Assembly: GCA_944325295.1 (NCBI GenBank)
Contig: CALUZL010000143.1
Span: 1 to 26,725 of the forward strand
Source of the DNA: an uncultured Erysipelotrichaceae bacterium
GTDB lineage: Bacteria > Bacillota_I > Bacilli_A > Erysipelotrichales > Erysipelotrichaceae
Reading direction: 5' to 3'
Length of the DNA stretch: 26,725 bases
In this document: positions 1 to 9,454 of the stretch, in pieces
How positions within the stretch are numbered: position 1 is the first letter of the stretch
Layout: each line of letters begins with the position of its first letter
Notes under the pieces: model-generated
What the model saw: only the letters and a program-made list of their open reading frames with translations
The model's database searches: none
What the model was told of the DNA's origin: nothing
Translations under genes and position numbers: made by a program

Positions 1-100
1 TGTATTCCGACATATGATAATCCTGAGTATTCAAATAGTAGACTTCGATGTCATTTTCGTACATCTTTCTTCTGAGCTGATCCAATCTCTCTTTTACCAT
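1..100 (-). CDS. Aminopeptidase P (M24B, Xaa-Pro aminopeptidase) family protein, N-terminal fragment running off the window edge
   Basis: Not in the ORF track. GGAGG at 106-110, then ATG at 100. Reads MVKERLDQLRRKMYENDIEVYYLNTQDYHMSEY with no stop, matching the 'RL..LR..M......Y.....D.H.SEY' N-terminus of aminopeptidase P proteins. Confidence 0.8.
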   Translation of the reverse strand, partial: MVKERLDQLRRKMYENDIEVYYLNTQDYHMSEY

Positions 101-109
101 AACTTCCTC

Positions 110-601
110 CTAGATAATGATCCCTTCACCTTCAAGCAGTTTCCTTTTTATGTCTTGACCCTCGCGATACTCACCGATCGACTTGTCGCTTTTGTTCACT
201 CGATGACAGGGTATATAGATCAAAAAAGGATTATGTGACAAAGCTGTCCCGACCGCCTGATAAGAAATGCCCTTCATCCGCAGACGCTCTTTGACCCGAT
301 CGCCGAGTTCCTTGTAAGTCATCGTCTTGCCATAGGGGATCTTTGAACACTCAAGCAGCGTTGTCTTAAAAAAGGTGCTGCCTTCAAGTTTGAGCGGGAT
401 CTTGACAGCACTTGCCCTGCCGCTGAAGTACTCCGAAAGAAACCGACCAGCTTGTTTGAGTGCATTTGGGTAATTTAAAAGGGTCAGGGCATCGGCGCAA
501 GTGAAGATATCTCTTTTTGTGCCGATGCTCAAAAGCTCGCCGGCTTCTTCGATCAGGTAAAGATCGCCGATCGGCGACAAAAACTTCAGATAACTTTTCA
601 T
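110..601 (-). CDS. ogt: Methylated-DNA--protein-cysteine S-methyltransferase
   Basis: Active-site PCHRV, IPYGKTMTYKELG and AVGTALSHNP motifs. ATG at 601 (MKSYLKFLSPIG) preferred over TTG at 619. Confidence 0.93.
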   Translation of the reverse strand: MKSYLKFLSPIGDLYLIEEAGELLSIGTKRDIFTCADALTLLNYPNALKQAGRFLSEYFSGRASAVKIPLKLEGSTFFKTTLLECSKIPYGKTMTYKELGDRVKERLRMKGISYQAVGTALSHNPFLIYIPCHRVNKSDKSIGEYREGQDIKRKLLEGEGIII

Positions 602-633
602 GACCTTATTATCTATCAAGACTTGACACTTGT

Positions 634-2478
634 CTAATCTTTTGAAGACAAGGAGGTGATTTTATAACTTCCCTTTGCAAGGTCGACACTGACTTTGATG
701 CCGCCTTCAAAGGTCGACTCCATGACTTTGCCATCAGCGCTTAAAAGTCGATGATCTAAAAGTTCACTGTAAGCGACCTTTCGGTGCAGGTCGTTGACGA
801 TCTTGGCACGCTTAGAGCGCTCTTCAAGCGAAAAAGTGCTGCCAAAAGCGCCATCGACATCAGGATAGGCACCATCTCTTATTATATAGGGCATACCGCC
901 ATTCATCAGGGCGTATAACAGGTAATCTTCATCGGCCTCATCAGTGATCCAGGGCAAGATCAGCACATCGTGATAGACCAGGTCAAATAGCGGGATCGCA
1001 AGACCCATCCGCTTGGCTCCTTTCTCTTTAAGCATGAATTCGTAGGGACCGTAGTGGCAAAGAACCAGGGTATCGACTGCCCAATCCGTACACTCCTCAC
1101 TTGAAGGGATGATGCCCTTACTTATGAGATAATGGAAATAGGCTTTTCGCAACTGAGCACACTGAAAGCGGGTCATAGGGTGTCTTGAGTCGTAGCACTC
1201 ATCCATTTCGTTACAGGTAAAGACGTCAAGATAACTGGCAGTCAGTTTGATATCGGCTTTAAAGAGCTCATTGAAATTTCTTTTGACATAGTCTAGGGCC
1301 AAATTGGCACAGAGATAATTCTGCCGTCCGCCGGCCCAGCGATGATGCTCATAGACACTGCCATCAGCTTCCTTTAGCGCATTGTCGATGTTGTATGAGG
1401 GCGCCTTAAGGTAATAATCGCGATATTGATCATGCAGTGCGAAAAGGTCGCCGTTTTCATATAGATAGTGCGAAAGTTCTCTTAGACCCTCACTGCCCCC
1501 GGCCGCCTTACAGATCGGCAAGTAATCCGGATGGCAATTGTCATAGCCCGGATCACCCCAGCCGTCCAAGTGAACATAGAGGCGATCTTTGTGGATCTTC
1601 TTGAGGACCTTCAGTTCATCTAAACGCTCCTTAAAAGTGTGCAAGATGTCATCCTTTGTCGCTTCACTATAAAAAGTCGAAGTCTCATCGGTATGCGTCT
1701 TGATCCCAAAGTGGACAAGGGAAGCACCGATCAGTTTTTTGATAGATGGAAGAGCGATCTCTTTTTCCCGGAGGCTTTTAAAGTGACCTGTCTCTTTTAC
1801 AAAATGCCGATAGATCTTGGCCGCTCTTACATAGTCCATATCCTTTTCAAATGTAAAGCGGGCCGTGCGCTCATAGCCAATCTTCGCTAAACTTTCAAGC
1901 CATCTGAGACCGATCGCCGTAAAAGCTTTGTCACCATGATGGATGACTTTGTACTTGCAATCAAAAGGAGTCAGATTGATAAGACAGTACCCTTGGCCTT
2001 TCTCATATTGATGATACATTGACAAGTAGGCATCGTGACTTAAAAACTGACCATCAAAATCGAGATGGTCGAAGCTGAAATCGTAGGTGTTTGGAAGGTA
2101 TACACCCTGCATTATCGGCAAGGAACTGTAACCTTTGGGATCTTCACTTTTAAAGTATGAAGGCCAGATGATCTCCTTTATCGAAGCTTCATCAACGATC
2201 GGTAAAAGCTTAAAAAAGATCCCTTCAAAACTTATGTAGACAAAGGTCTCAACGATTAGCTTATCGCTAAAGACATAACGTGACAAGATGCCTTTATTTA
2301 CCCCGAGATCCCTGATCGTTTCTTCTTTCAGATGATCTTTAAACAAAAACTGATCACCATTTGCCATGATGATCTTGGGCTCGATGGCCTTGTAGGGTTG
2401 CCAGGTGTGGTCTTCAAAGATGACCGAGTAGAGTTCATCTTCTTTGATCAGGGTAATGTCATAGTTTTCGATCTTCAT
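634..2478 (-). CDS. Cytoplasmic glycoside hydrolase, GH129/DUF5696-like (alpha-N-acetylgalactosaminidase-like)
   Basis: 614 aa with motifs HLDGWGDPGYDNCHPDYLP, HDQYRDYY, WAGGRQNYLC, YLDVFTCNE and SSEE, recognised from GH129 (NagBb-type) enzymes. No signal peptide visible. Confidence 0.8.
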   Translation of the reverse strand: MKIENYDITLIKEDELYSVIFEDHTWQPYKAIEPKIIMANGDQFLFKDHLKEETIRDLGVNKGILSRYVFSDKLIVETFVYISFEGIFFKLLPIVDEASIKEIIWPSYFKSEDPKGYSSLPIMQGVYLPNTYDFSFDHLDFDGQFLSHDAYLSMYHQYEKGQGYCLINLTPFDCKYKVIHHGDKAFTAIGLRWLESLAKIGYERTARFTFEKDMDYVRAAKIYRHFVKETGHFKSLREKEIALPSIKKLIGASLVHFGIKTHTDETSTFYSEATKDDILHTFKERLDELKVLKKIHKDRLYVHLDGWGDPGYDNCHPDYLPICKAAGGSEGLRELSHYLYENGDLFALHDQYRDYYLKAPSYNIDNALKEADGSVYEHHRWAGGRQNYLCANLALDYVKRNFNELFKADIKLTASYLDVFTCNEMDECYDSRHPMTRFQCAQLRKAYFHYLISKGIIPSSEECTDWAVDTLVLCHYGPYEFMLKEKGAKRMGLAIPLFDLVYHDVLILPWITDEADEDYLLYALMNGGMPYIIRDGAYPDVDGAFGSTFSLEERSKRAKIVNDLHRKVAYSELLDHRLLSADGKVMESTFEGGIKVSVDLAKGSYKITSLSSKD

Positions 2479-2492
2479 AATTTCCTCTCTTT

Positions 2493-3689
2493 TTACACTT
2501 CCTTTTTATAATAGCGCTTCAGGGTGCCATAGACAAAAAACGGCGCCAAAGAACAGATCGTCACGGCGACCGCCATATAGTAAGGTCCACCGATCAGATA
2601 ATAGGCAGCCACGATCAAAGACATACCGGCGCAACGCCCCAAAGACATCGCCGTCTCCTTGGCTATGACCCGACCGGTTACATTCTCACTCTTGTCGTAT
2701 CTGGCTATCGCGTTGAGCATGCAGTAATTGTAGGGATTGCCATAGACGGCGGTCCCGATCGCATTGGCAAAACCGAAGTAGATCGCCCCGAAAAGATTGT
2801 CAAAATACACCAAAAACAAGCTCGAAGTTACGATAAAGAAAAGACCGACTTTCAAAAACCGAAACAGCGTCTTTTCAGTCATCCTTTTACAGAGCTCATA
2901 ACTGAAGATCGAAGCGAGCGCAAAGAAGATCAAAAGATTGGCGTATAAAGCATCCGATCCTCCTGTCGCTTCAAAGATCAGGATATTTGTCAAAGTCAAA
3001 GTCAGAGAGTTTTGAAAACCGTAGGCAAAAGTACTGACTTGGATCATATACCAGTTGGGATCAGCACCTTTAGATATCCAAAGTTTGTCCAGTACTTTGA
3101 CAGGCTTGGCATCCTTGCTTGTGAGGTCGAGTTTTAAAGAGACGATGATTATCAAGATGTAGACGAATATCACCAAGGCAAATATCCCATAATAACCAAA
3201 GAGTTCATTAGCGATAAACGCAAAGATGAGACTGGATACAGAGGGGGCGATGATACTGGTGATATTGTTGGCGATGCCGATATTGGCAAGGTAGTCATTG
3301 CGATGTTCACTTAAAGGCGCGATCTGATTGGCACTGTTGATGCTGAACCAGTAAAGACCCTCACCGACCCCGTAAAGGATGGCTGCACCATAAACATAGA
3401 TCGTATTTTCGGAAAACAGATTCTGCATGACGAGGATATAGATCATCATCAGCGTCAAAAAAAATAAGCCACCGCTGATGGTGACAGAATACGGCACCTT
3501 TCGCACCGCTTTACCACCGATGGTAAAAAAGAGCGGGAAAAGGGCGATCCTGATGATCGTATAGATCGACATCATGACCAGTGACTTAGTATATTCGTAG
3601 ATAAAAACACTGACAAAGGAAGTAGACAAAACATTAGCGAAGTTGAAAAGACTGTTTATCAAGACCAGCCGTGACTCGGTTTTTGTCAT
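2493..3689 (-). CDS. MFS transporter
   Basis: 398 aa with about 12 hydrophobic segments in a 6+6 arrangement. RBS upstream. Confidence 0.85.
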   Translation of the reverse strand: MTKTESRLVLINSLFNFANVLSTSFVSVFIYEYTKSLVMMSIYTIIRIALFPLFFTIGGKAVRKVPYSVTISGGLFFLTLMMIYILVMQNLFSENTIYVYGAAILYGVGEGLYWFSINSANQIAPLSEHRNDYLANIGIANNITSIIAPSVSSLIFAFIANELFGYYGIFALVIFVYILIIIVSLKLDLTSKDAKPVKVLDKLWISKGADPNWYMIQVSTFAYGFQNSLTLTLTNILIFEATGGSDALYANLLIFFALASIFSYELCKRMTEKTLFRFLKVGLFFIVTSSLFLVYFDNLFGAIYFGFANAIGTAVYGNPYNYCMLNAIARYDKSENVTGRVIAKETAMSLGRCAGMSLIVAAYYLIGGPYYMAVAVTICSLAPFFVYGTLKRYYKKEV

Positions 3690-3700
3690 AGTTCCTCCCC

Positions 3701-4840
3701 TTAGTCAAACTTGTACATCTCTCCTTCGATATAGACATCGATGACATCAAAGTCATCATCAAAGACGACGATATCGGCGCGTAGACCCTCACTTAAAAGA
3801 CCACGGTCTTTTACGCCCAAAAGCAGGCACGGGTTTATCGTACAGGCCCGAAGACATGTGACCTCGTCTATTTTGGCTTCTTTTATCCCAAATTGCAAGA
3901 CTTTATTCAAACGATTGGCACTGCCGGCTATCGTTCCATCTTCCAGGCGGGCAACACCGTCTTCACATACGCGGCTTGTGCGCTCACCGTTTGTATAGAT
4001 ACCCGGCTTTAGACCTTTGATCGCCACTGAGTCGGTCACAAAGATGAGCTTATCCTTGCCTTTGATCCGCGCCAAGATGTTGGCAGCCCCTTTATGGACA
4101 TGGACGCCATCGCAGATCACTTCCGCAAAACAATCGTCATTTACCATACAAGCACCTACGACCCCGGGCTCGCGATGATGCAGGGGGCGCATGCCGTTGT
4201 AAGTATGAGTGAAAGAGGTCACTCCTTTTGCTATGGCTTTATTGCAGATATCATAAGTAGCACCACTGTGACCGATGGTCACCCGGATCCCCTTTTTGAC
4301 CAAGTATTCGATGATGCTCATATCCTCGTCGAGCTCTTCCGGTGCCAACATGACAAGTCTTAAGTGATCATGACACGCCTTTGCAAACGCATCGATGATC
4401 TCTTGCGTCGGGACGAGCTTGTTTTCAAGGGATTGGGCACCCCGATAATCAGCCGCTATGAAAGGTCCTTCGCTGTAGACGCCAAGGATCGCTGTACCCT
4501 CTTTCTTTTCATCGATGTAGTTGCCGATGACTTTAAGGCTTGCGATCAATTGAGCATATGGTGCGGTCGAGATCGTCGCCAGAGTCGAAGTTACGCCCTC
4601 ACTTGGCAGATAGTGACACCACTTGCTCAACCACTCTTCACTGGCGTCGTTATTATCACCTAAGAGATAACCGTGATTGTGGATATCGATAAGGCCCGGC
4701 ATGATAAGTTTATCGCCATAGTCTTTATCGGCTTTCAAAAGGCCATAGGGCAAGATACGTTTGATGATCCCGTCTTCAATGACCAAAGTCTTTGGGGTTA
4801 TCTTATCATCGCAGAAAACGCGTTTACTTTGAATTATCAT
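3701..4840 (-). CDS. nagA: N-acetylhexosamine-6-phosphate deacetylase (NagA/AgaA paralog in the sugar cluster)
   Basis: DIHNHG, EGPF, GHSGAT, THTYNGM, DGVH, VTDS and IAGS motifs. Substrate (GlcNAc-6P or GalNAc-6P) cannot be determined from sequence. Confidence 0.9.
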   Translation of the reverse strand: MIIQSKRVFCDDKITPKTLVIEDGIIKRILPYGLLKADKDYGDKLIMPGLIDIHNHGYLLGDNNDASEEWLSKWCHYLPSEGVTSTLATISTAPYAQLIASLKVIGNYIDEKKEGTAILGVYSEGPFIAADYRGAQSLENKLVPTQEIIDAFAKACHDHLRLVMLAPEELDEDMSIIEYLVKKGIRVTIGHSGATYDICNKAIAKGVTSFTHTYNGMRPLHHREPGVVGACMVNDDCFAEVICDGVHVHKGAANILARIKGKDKLIFVTDSVAIKGLKPGIYTNGERTSRVCEDGVARLEDGTIAGSANRLNKVLQFGIKEAKIDEVTCLRACTINPCLLLGVKDRGLLSEGLRADIVVFDDDFDVIDVYIEGEMYKFD

Positions 4841-4841
4841 C

Positions 4842-5822
4842 TTAAATATCCTTTACTATATGATCGTTTAATTCGTTTCGCCAATTCAGGTAGGCGTCAT
4901 TGTTTCGACTCGGATGGACCCGGTTTGCAAGTAAGATCAATCCTTCCATCTTGCGATAGTCAAGCATGATCGAAGTGCCGGTAAAGCCGGTGTGATAGAG
5001 GATACCGTCACCATACTTTTTATCCCAACCAAGGGAGCGGCCGCCGACATTTGTAGCCAATAGAAGTTCGATCGTCTCGCGCTTCAAAATACCATCCCTT
5101 GCATAGAGAAGCGATCTTGCAAAAGTAGCGATATCGCCAATCGTCGAAAAAAGTCCGGCACTGCCACAGCGCCCTTTTAAGATATACCCTTTAGAGTCAT
5201 GACATTCACCGACGATAAGACCTCTTGTCGATGTCAACTCCTCCGGCACACAGCGACTCTTATCGGGGTCAAAGGTGCTGTCATTCATCTTTAAGACATC
5301 AAAGATGTTTTCTTTATAAGTCGCCGCCAGATCCTTGCCGTCGACCTTGGCGATGATAAAGCCCAAAAGGATAAAGCCGATATCGGAATAAACGGTCATC
5401 TCTTCGGGTTTATGGACAAGATCGGTCTGCATGATCCTTTCGTAAATATTGTCTTTAGTGAGCGTCTTTTTATCCTCAAGATCAGCAGGAAGTCCGGAAC
5501 TGTGAAGCAAGAGCTGACGGATCGTCACCTCTTGATGACGAAAATCGGCAAGGTACTTGCAAACTTTGTCGTCAAGGTTGATCTTGCCCTGCTCGAAAAG
5601 TTGCAAGATCCTGGTCGTCGTCGCTACGACTTTCGTACAAGAAGCCATGTCGTAAAGTGATGAGAGCTCTAACTCTTTTGTGTCATAGGGAGCGATCTTT
5701 CCCATCTTGCCCTTGATCATAAAGGTCGATGAATCCTCCTCGATGATAGCGGCACTGATCCCTGCGACAATGCCCTCATAGACCAGATTATCGATCTGCT
5801 CTTTGATGTAGACCGTGTTCAT
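4842..5822 (-). CDS. Serine hydrolase, beta-lactamase/PBP-like fold (AmiE/YfeW-like esterase or amidase)
   Basis: SxxK (SCTK), YSD, LLLHSSG and HTGFTG motifs. Start at ATG 5822 overlaps the murQ stop (ATGA). Confidence 0.85.
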   Translation of the reverse strand: MNTVYIKEQIDNLVYEGIVAGISAAIIEEDSSTFMIKGKMGKIAPYDTKELELSSLYDMASCTKVVATTTRILQLFEQGKINLDDKVCKYLADFRHQEVTIRQLLLHSSGLPADLEDKKTLTKDNIYERIMQTDLVHKPEEMTVYSDIGFILLGFIIAKVDGKDLAATYKENIFDVLKMNDSTFDPDKSRCVPEELTSTRGLIVGECHDSKGYILKGRCGSAGLFSTIGDIATFARSLLYARDGILKRETIELLLATNVGGRSLGWDKKYGDGILYHTGFTGTSIMLDYRKMEGLILLANRVHPSRNNDAYLNWRNELNDHIVKDI

Positions 5823-6724
5823 CTTGTGAGTTTGGCGATCGTCTCTCTTATCTGACCATCGCACGCCACAAAGGCTTCTTTAGCCTTTTTGAGGTCGACT
5901 TTTGCCTGATGCATGATCGTCGCTAAGGCAACGCTTTGACCGCTTTCTTCAAAGAGCGCTTGCGCCTTTTCCCAAGAAAGATCGTTGATTGCGCTGATCA
6001 TGTTGATAGCTCTTTTTACTAGTTTCTCATTTGTCGGCTGGACATTGACCATGTAGTTGCCATAGACTTTGCCGGTCTTGATCATTATCCCTGTTGACAA
6101 CATATTCAAGACCATCTTTTGGGAAGTCCCGGCCTTCATCCTGGTCGATCCAGAGATGACTTCGGGGCCGACGATCGGCGCGATCGAGTATTTGGCGACT
6201 TTTGCCATCTCGCTTTCACCATTACAGGTAACAGCGACCGTCACACAACCCAAACTGTTGGCATACTCTAAAGTGGCGATCGTATAAGGTGTCCGTCCAC
6301 TGGCGGCAACGCCGACAACGCTGTCTAAAGGCCCAAGGTCGATCGCCTTCATATCCGCAATACCGAGCTCCTTGCTGTCTTCAGCGCCTTCGACCGCCTT
6401 AAACATGGCTCCCTGACCACCGGCCATGACGCCAAAAGCTCGCTCCGGTGCTAAACCATAAGTCGGCAAAAGCTCTGAGGCATCCATTACCCCAAGTCTT
6501 CCCGATGTTCCGGCACCGGTATAGATCAGTCTTCCGCCTTTTTTGAAATTGACCACGATCGCATCGATCGCCTCAGCGATATGACCGATCTCTTTTTCGA
6601 TCGCCAGTGCGACCTTTTTATCTTCATTATTGATAAGGGTCACGATCTCTTCAGTGCTTAAAAGATCGATATCTTTAGTCGCCTCATTGCGACTTTCCGT
6701 AGTTAGATTTTTAAGTTCTGTCAT
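5819..6724 (-). CDS. murQ: N-acetylmuramic acid 6-phosphate etherase
   Basis: TTESRN, GAGTSGRLGVMDASE, GAED, ASGRTPY, GPEVISGSTRMKAGTSQKMVLNMLST and GNYMVNVQPTNEKL motifs. Confidence 0.96.
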   Translation of the reverse strand: MTELKNLTTESRNEATKDIDLLSTEEIVTLINNEDKKVALAIEKEIGHIAEAIDAIVVNFKKGGRLIYTGAGTSGRLGVMDASELLPTYGLAPERAFGVMAGGQGAMFKAVEGAEDSKELGIADMKAIDLGPLDSVVGVAASGRTPYTIATLEYANSLGCVTVAVTCNGESEMAKVAKYSIAPIVGPEVISGSTRMKAGTSQKMVLNMLSTGIMIKTGKVYGNYMVNVQPTNEKLVKRAINMISAINDLSWEKAQALFEESGQSVALATIMHQAKVDLKKAKEAFVACDGQIRETIAKLTR

Positions 6725-6733
6725 CTTTCACCT

Positions 6734-7453
6734 CTAAAAATGCCGACAACGGCCTGCAAAATGTTCATAGATCGCATCGTTGTCAAAACCATCGACGTTT
6801 TGCGATTGGAATACATAGGGTTTGACCCCTTTTTCTACCAAGATCTTGATCGCTTCACTGACGATCGTATCCAGTAAAAACATACTGCTGATCGATGAAG
6901 CCGGGCCGGTCTTATACGGGCCGATCGCCAACAAGGAATCACCATCGGGGCAGCAATTGTCTATGATCACATCGACACATTCATAAAGTTTTTTGCCGCT
7001 TTGGTGGCGAGAGGTCGTCTTCTTTGACTGTTCAAGATTAGTCAACGCTACCGTAAAGATCCCCTCTTTCTTACAGCGCATCGCCATCTCGATGGGCATG
7101 GCATTACGGCCGCTGTTTGAAGAGATGATCATGATGTCACCCTTTTCGATCTTGTATTGATCAAAGATGATATCACTGATCCCGCTCAACTGCTCAAGTG
7201 CTCCCGACCGACGTGCTCCAAAGGCTGTGAGCGTATCGGGGTCTAAGATGGCATTGACATTGCCAAGACCGCCGGCGCGGGCAAAAAGTTCAATCCCGAT
7301 CATGTGGGAATGACCGGTACCGAAAGTGTGGATGATGTGATCGTTTTCGATATTTTCGGCAAATTTAGCCGCCAACAGTAATATCTTGTCATGATTTACT
7401 GTCTCTGCTTTATTTAAGACTTCGATTATCTTTTGTCCGTATATAAATTCCAT
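6734..7453 (-). CDS. SIS-domain sugar-phosphate enzyme, UPF0309-type (canonical copy)
   Basis: FGTGHS, ELFARAGGL, SNSGRN, SRHQSGKKL and IDNCCPDGD motifs. Confidence 0.88.
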   Translation of the reverse strand: MEFIYGQKIIEVLNKAETVNHDKILLLAAKFAENIENDHIIHTFGTGHSHMIGIELFARAGGLGNVNAILDPDTLTAFGARRSGALEQLSGISDIIFDQYKIEKGDIMIISSNSGRNAMPIEMAMRCKKEGIFTVALTNLEQSKKTTSRHQSGKKLYECVDVIIDNCCPDGDSLLAIGPYKTGPASSISSMFLLDTIVSEAIKILVEKGVKPYVFQSQNVDGFDNDAIYEHFAGRCRHF

Positions 7454-8181
7454 TAGATCCTACCTCGATATCTCTCTTTAAGTTCTTCATCTAATATACT
7501 GTCACCTCTAAGGAGCGGTACTTCTTTCTTGTCGTTGTACATGATCTCCACGACTCTGGCAGCCATACTTTGAGCGATGTAGTTATTACAGATGGAAGAA
7601 ACGGAACAGACTCTGGCTTCTCCTTCCGTTTCCAAAAGCGCATCGCCATGCGGACCGCAATTGTCGATGACGACATCACCGTACATGTACAGTTTCTTAC
7701 CACTGGGGTGGCGTGATTGCTCGGCTGTGGTATGCTTCATACTGGTGACGATGATCACCTTGTGACCGTTCTCTTTGGCCAAAGCGGCAATGTCGATCAC
7801 AAGACCGTTGATCCCGGAATTGGAAATGACGATAAAGACGTCTTGCGGGCGGATATCGTAAAGCGCATAGAGACGACCGGCGACATCCGGTCTTCTTTCA
7901 AAGACGTTGGTCTTATCCTGAAATTCCGTTAAAGACACAATGCCCTTGGTGACAAAATCACTCATCTCCATGATATGGATCGGCACCAAAGAGCCGACCC
8001 TGCCGGTTATGTCGATGCCAAGACCGACAGAATGGCCTGAACCGAATACGTGAACGACACCATCGTTTTCAAGACATTCAGCGACGATCTTAGCACATTT
8101 TTCAATATTGTCCTTTTGTGTATCATAAACTTCGTCTAAAAGACTCAAGATCTCATCTTTAAATTTCTTTGCGTCGATCAT
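7453..8181 (-). CDS. SIS-domain protein, UPF0309-type (second copy)
   Basis: FGSGHS, ISNSGIN, SRHPSGKKL and IDNCGPHGD motifs. TAATG overlaps with both neighbours. Confidence 0.88.
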   Translation of the reverse strand: MIDAKKFKDEILSLLDEVYDTQKDNIEKCAKIVAECLENDGVVHVFGSGHSVGLGIDITGRVGSLVPIHIMEMSDFVTKGIVSLTEFQDKTNVFERRPDVAGRLYALYDIRPQDVFIVISNSGINGLVIDIAALAKENGHKVIIVTSMKHTTAEQSRHPSGKKLYMYGDVVIDNCGPHGDALLETEGEARVCSVSSICNNYIAQSMAARVVEIMYNDKKEVPLLRGDSILDEELKERYRGRI

Positions 8182-9392
8182 TATCTAACCCTTCCCATGT
8201 ACACATCTGTCAGTGCGTTGTTGTGAAGATCGGCTCCTTTGAGGTTTGCCGACAATAGTACCGGAGCTTCAAGTCCTCTTTCCTTAAAACAGTTATAGAC
8301 TTCAGCCGTAAGCATCTGGGCCAAGACATTGGCAACAGTCGATGATGTCTGGGCGACCCTGAGATCGTCGACTTTGATGGCGATATCGGAGCGCGTGCTG
8401 CCCATATCGAGATACATGTCAGCGATATCCAAAAGTTTTTCACCCTGATCACCTGTCGCTTTGACGTCATAGCTCTTCTTGTTGACGACGGCGATGACCT
8501 TTTGGCCATTGGCTTTATAGCGTTTGGCAAGTTCAAGCGTAAACAGTTCGCTTGCATCTTTAGAGACGACGATGAGCATATCCCGATCGTCGAGTTTGTA
8601 GTGAGCGAGCATCTTATCGATATAAGAGGGATCGTTTGCGATCGAACCGTCGCTTATGATCGCATGGGGCGCTTCACCTTCAAGATCTAAGATCGAAACA
8701 CTCATGCCATGGTATGGAGCCATGCCCCCTGCTCTGAAATTGAGTTCATTGACGAATTCATTTGCGTGATTAAATCCGAAAAGCTGTACGACACCATTAT
8801 TGGTCATCGTATCGCAGATCATTTCCGCAGCCTCTTTGATTTTGTCGCTTTGATCGTCATAGACGTTTTCGATCTGCTCTTTTAGAATATCGAGATACAG
8901 CTTTTTGATGTCGACTTTTTCCATTTTCTTTCTCCTTTTAAACGGATTGCGAAAGGTCAGTTTTTTATTCTTGTTCAGCTCTTTTTGAAGCTGGATACTT
9001 TCTTTCTTATCGATGTATTTGCGAAGAGCCTTGTTGACCTTCGCTATCTGATAGGTCTCCCTTAAGATCTGGCGGCCGTCTTTTAGACGCAGATAGAGTG
9101 AATAGGGTTTAGCCCGATTGATGTTCCACTCTTCGATGTCGCTAAAGGGGATCGTCTCTTCAACACTGCCGCTATTTGGATCATAGATCGCCAGACGATC
9201 GTCGTAGATGTCTAAAAGGTGATAATCTTTGACCCCAAACTGGACTAAAAGGGAAAGTCCCACTAAGAATAGTCCCAGCAAGATCGAAGCGATGTGGCCG
9301 AAATAGACACACGCACAACCCAATAAAGCTATCAGCAACTGGGGAAAGACAGGCTTATAATTGACAACTACACATTCTTTTTCTTTATCCAT
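8181..9392 (-). CDS. Membrane domain (about 156 aa, 2 TM plus a soluble part) fused in frame to a degenerate UPF0309-type SIS domain
   Basis: GGAGGT before ATG 9392. Internal AGGAG (8932-8936) and in-frame ATG 8924 (residue 157) start a 247-aa SIS unit containing ELNFRAGGM and GEKLLDIADMYLD. Confidence 0.8.
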   Translation of the reverse strand: MDKEKECVVVNYKPVFPQLLIALLGCACVYFGHIASILLGLFLVGLSLLVQFGVKDYHLLDIYDDRLAIYDPNSGSVEETIPFSDIEEWNINRAKPYSLYLRLKDGRQILRETYQIAKVNKALRKYIDKKESIQLQKELNKNKKLTFRNPFKRRKKMEKVDIKKLYLDILKEQIENVYDDQSDKIKEAAEMICDTMTNNGVVQLFGFNHANEFVNELNFRAGGMAPYHGMSVSILDLEGEAPHAIISDGSIANDPSYIDKMLAHYKLDDRDMLIVVSKDASELFTLELAKRYKANGQKVIAVVNKKSYDVKATGDQGEKLLDIADMYLDMGSTRSDIAIKVDDLRVAQTSSTVANVLAQMLTAEVYNCFKERGLEAPVLLSANLKGADLHNNALTDVYMGRVR

Positions 9393-9407
9393 AACAACCT
9401 CCGAATA

Positions 9408-9442
9408 ATAAAAGAAACCTAAGGATCGAACGATCCTTAGGT
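9408..9442 (-). terminator. Intrinsic terminator-like hairpin after PTS IIB
   Basis: Perfect inverted repeat ACCTAAGGATCG (9417-9428) / CGATCCTTAGGT (9431-9442), followed on the minus strand by TTCTTTTAT. Confidence 0.8.
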
Positions 9443-9454
9443 ATTGATCATCTC

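Noticed and set aside
14-238. 74-aa plus-strand ORF
   Set aside because: Antisense to ogt and to the aminopeptidase P start, which has a clear RBS and family motif.
4842-5822. Beta-lactamase resistance gene
   Set aside because: SxxK fold only. No signal peptide, and the murQ context matches AmiE/YfeW-like recycling hydrolases.
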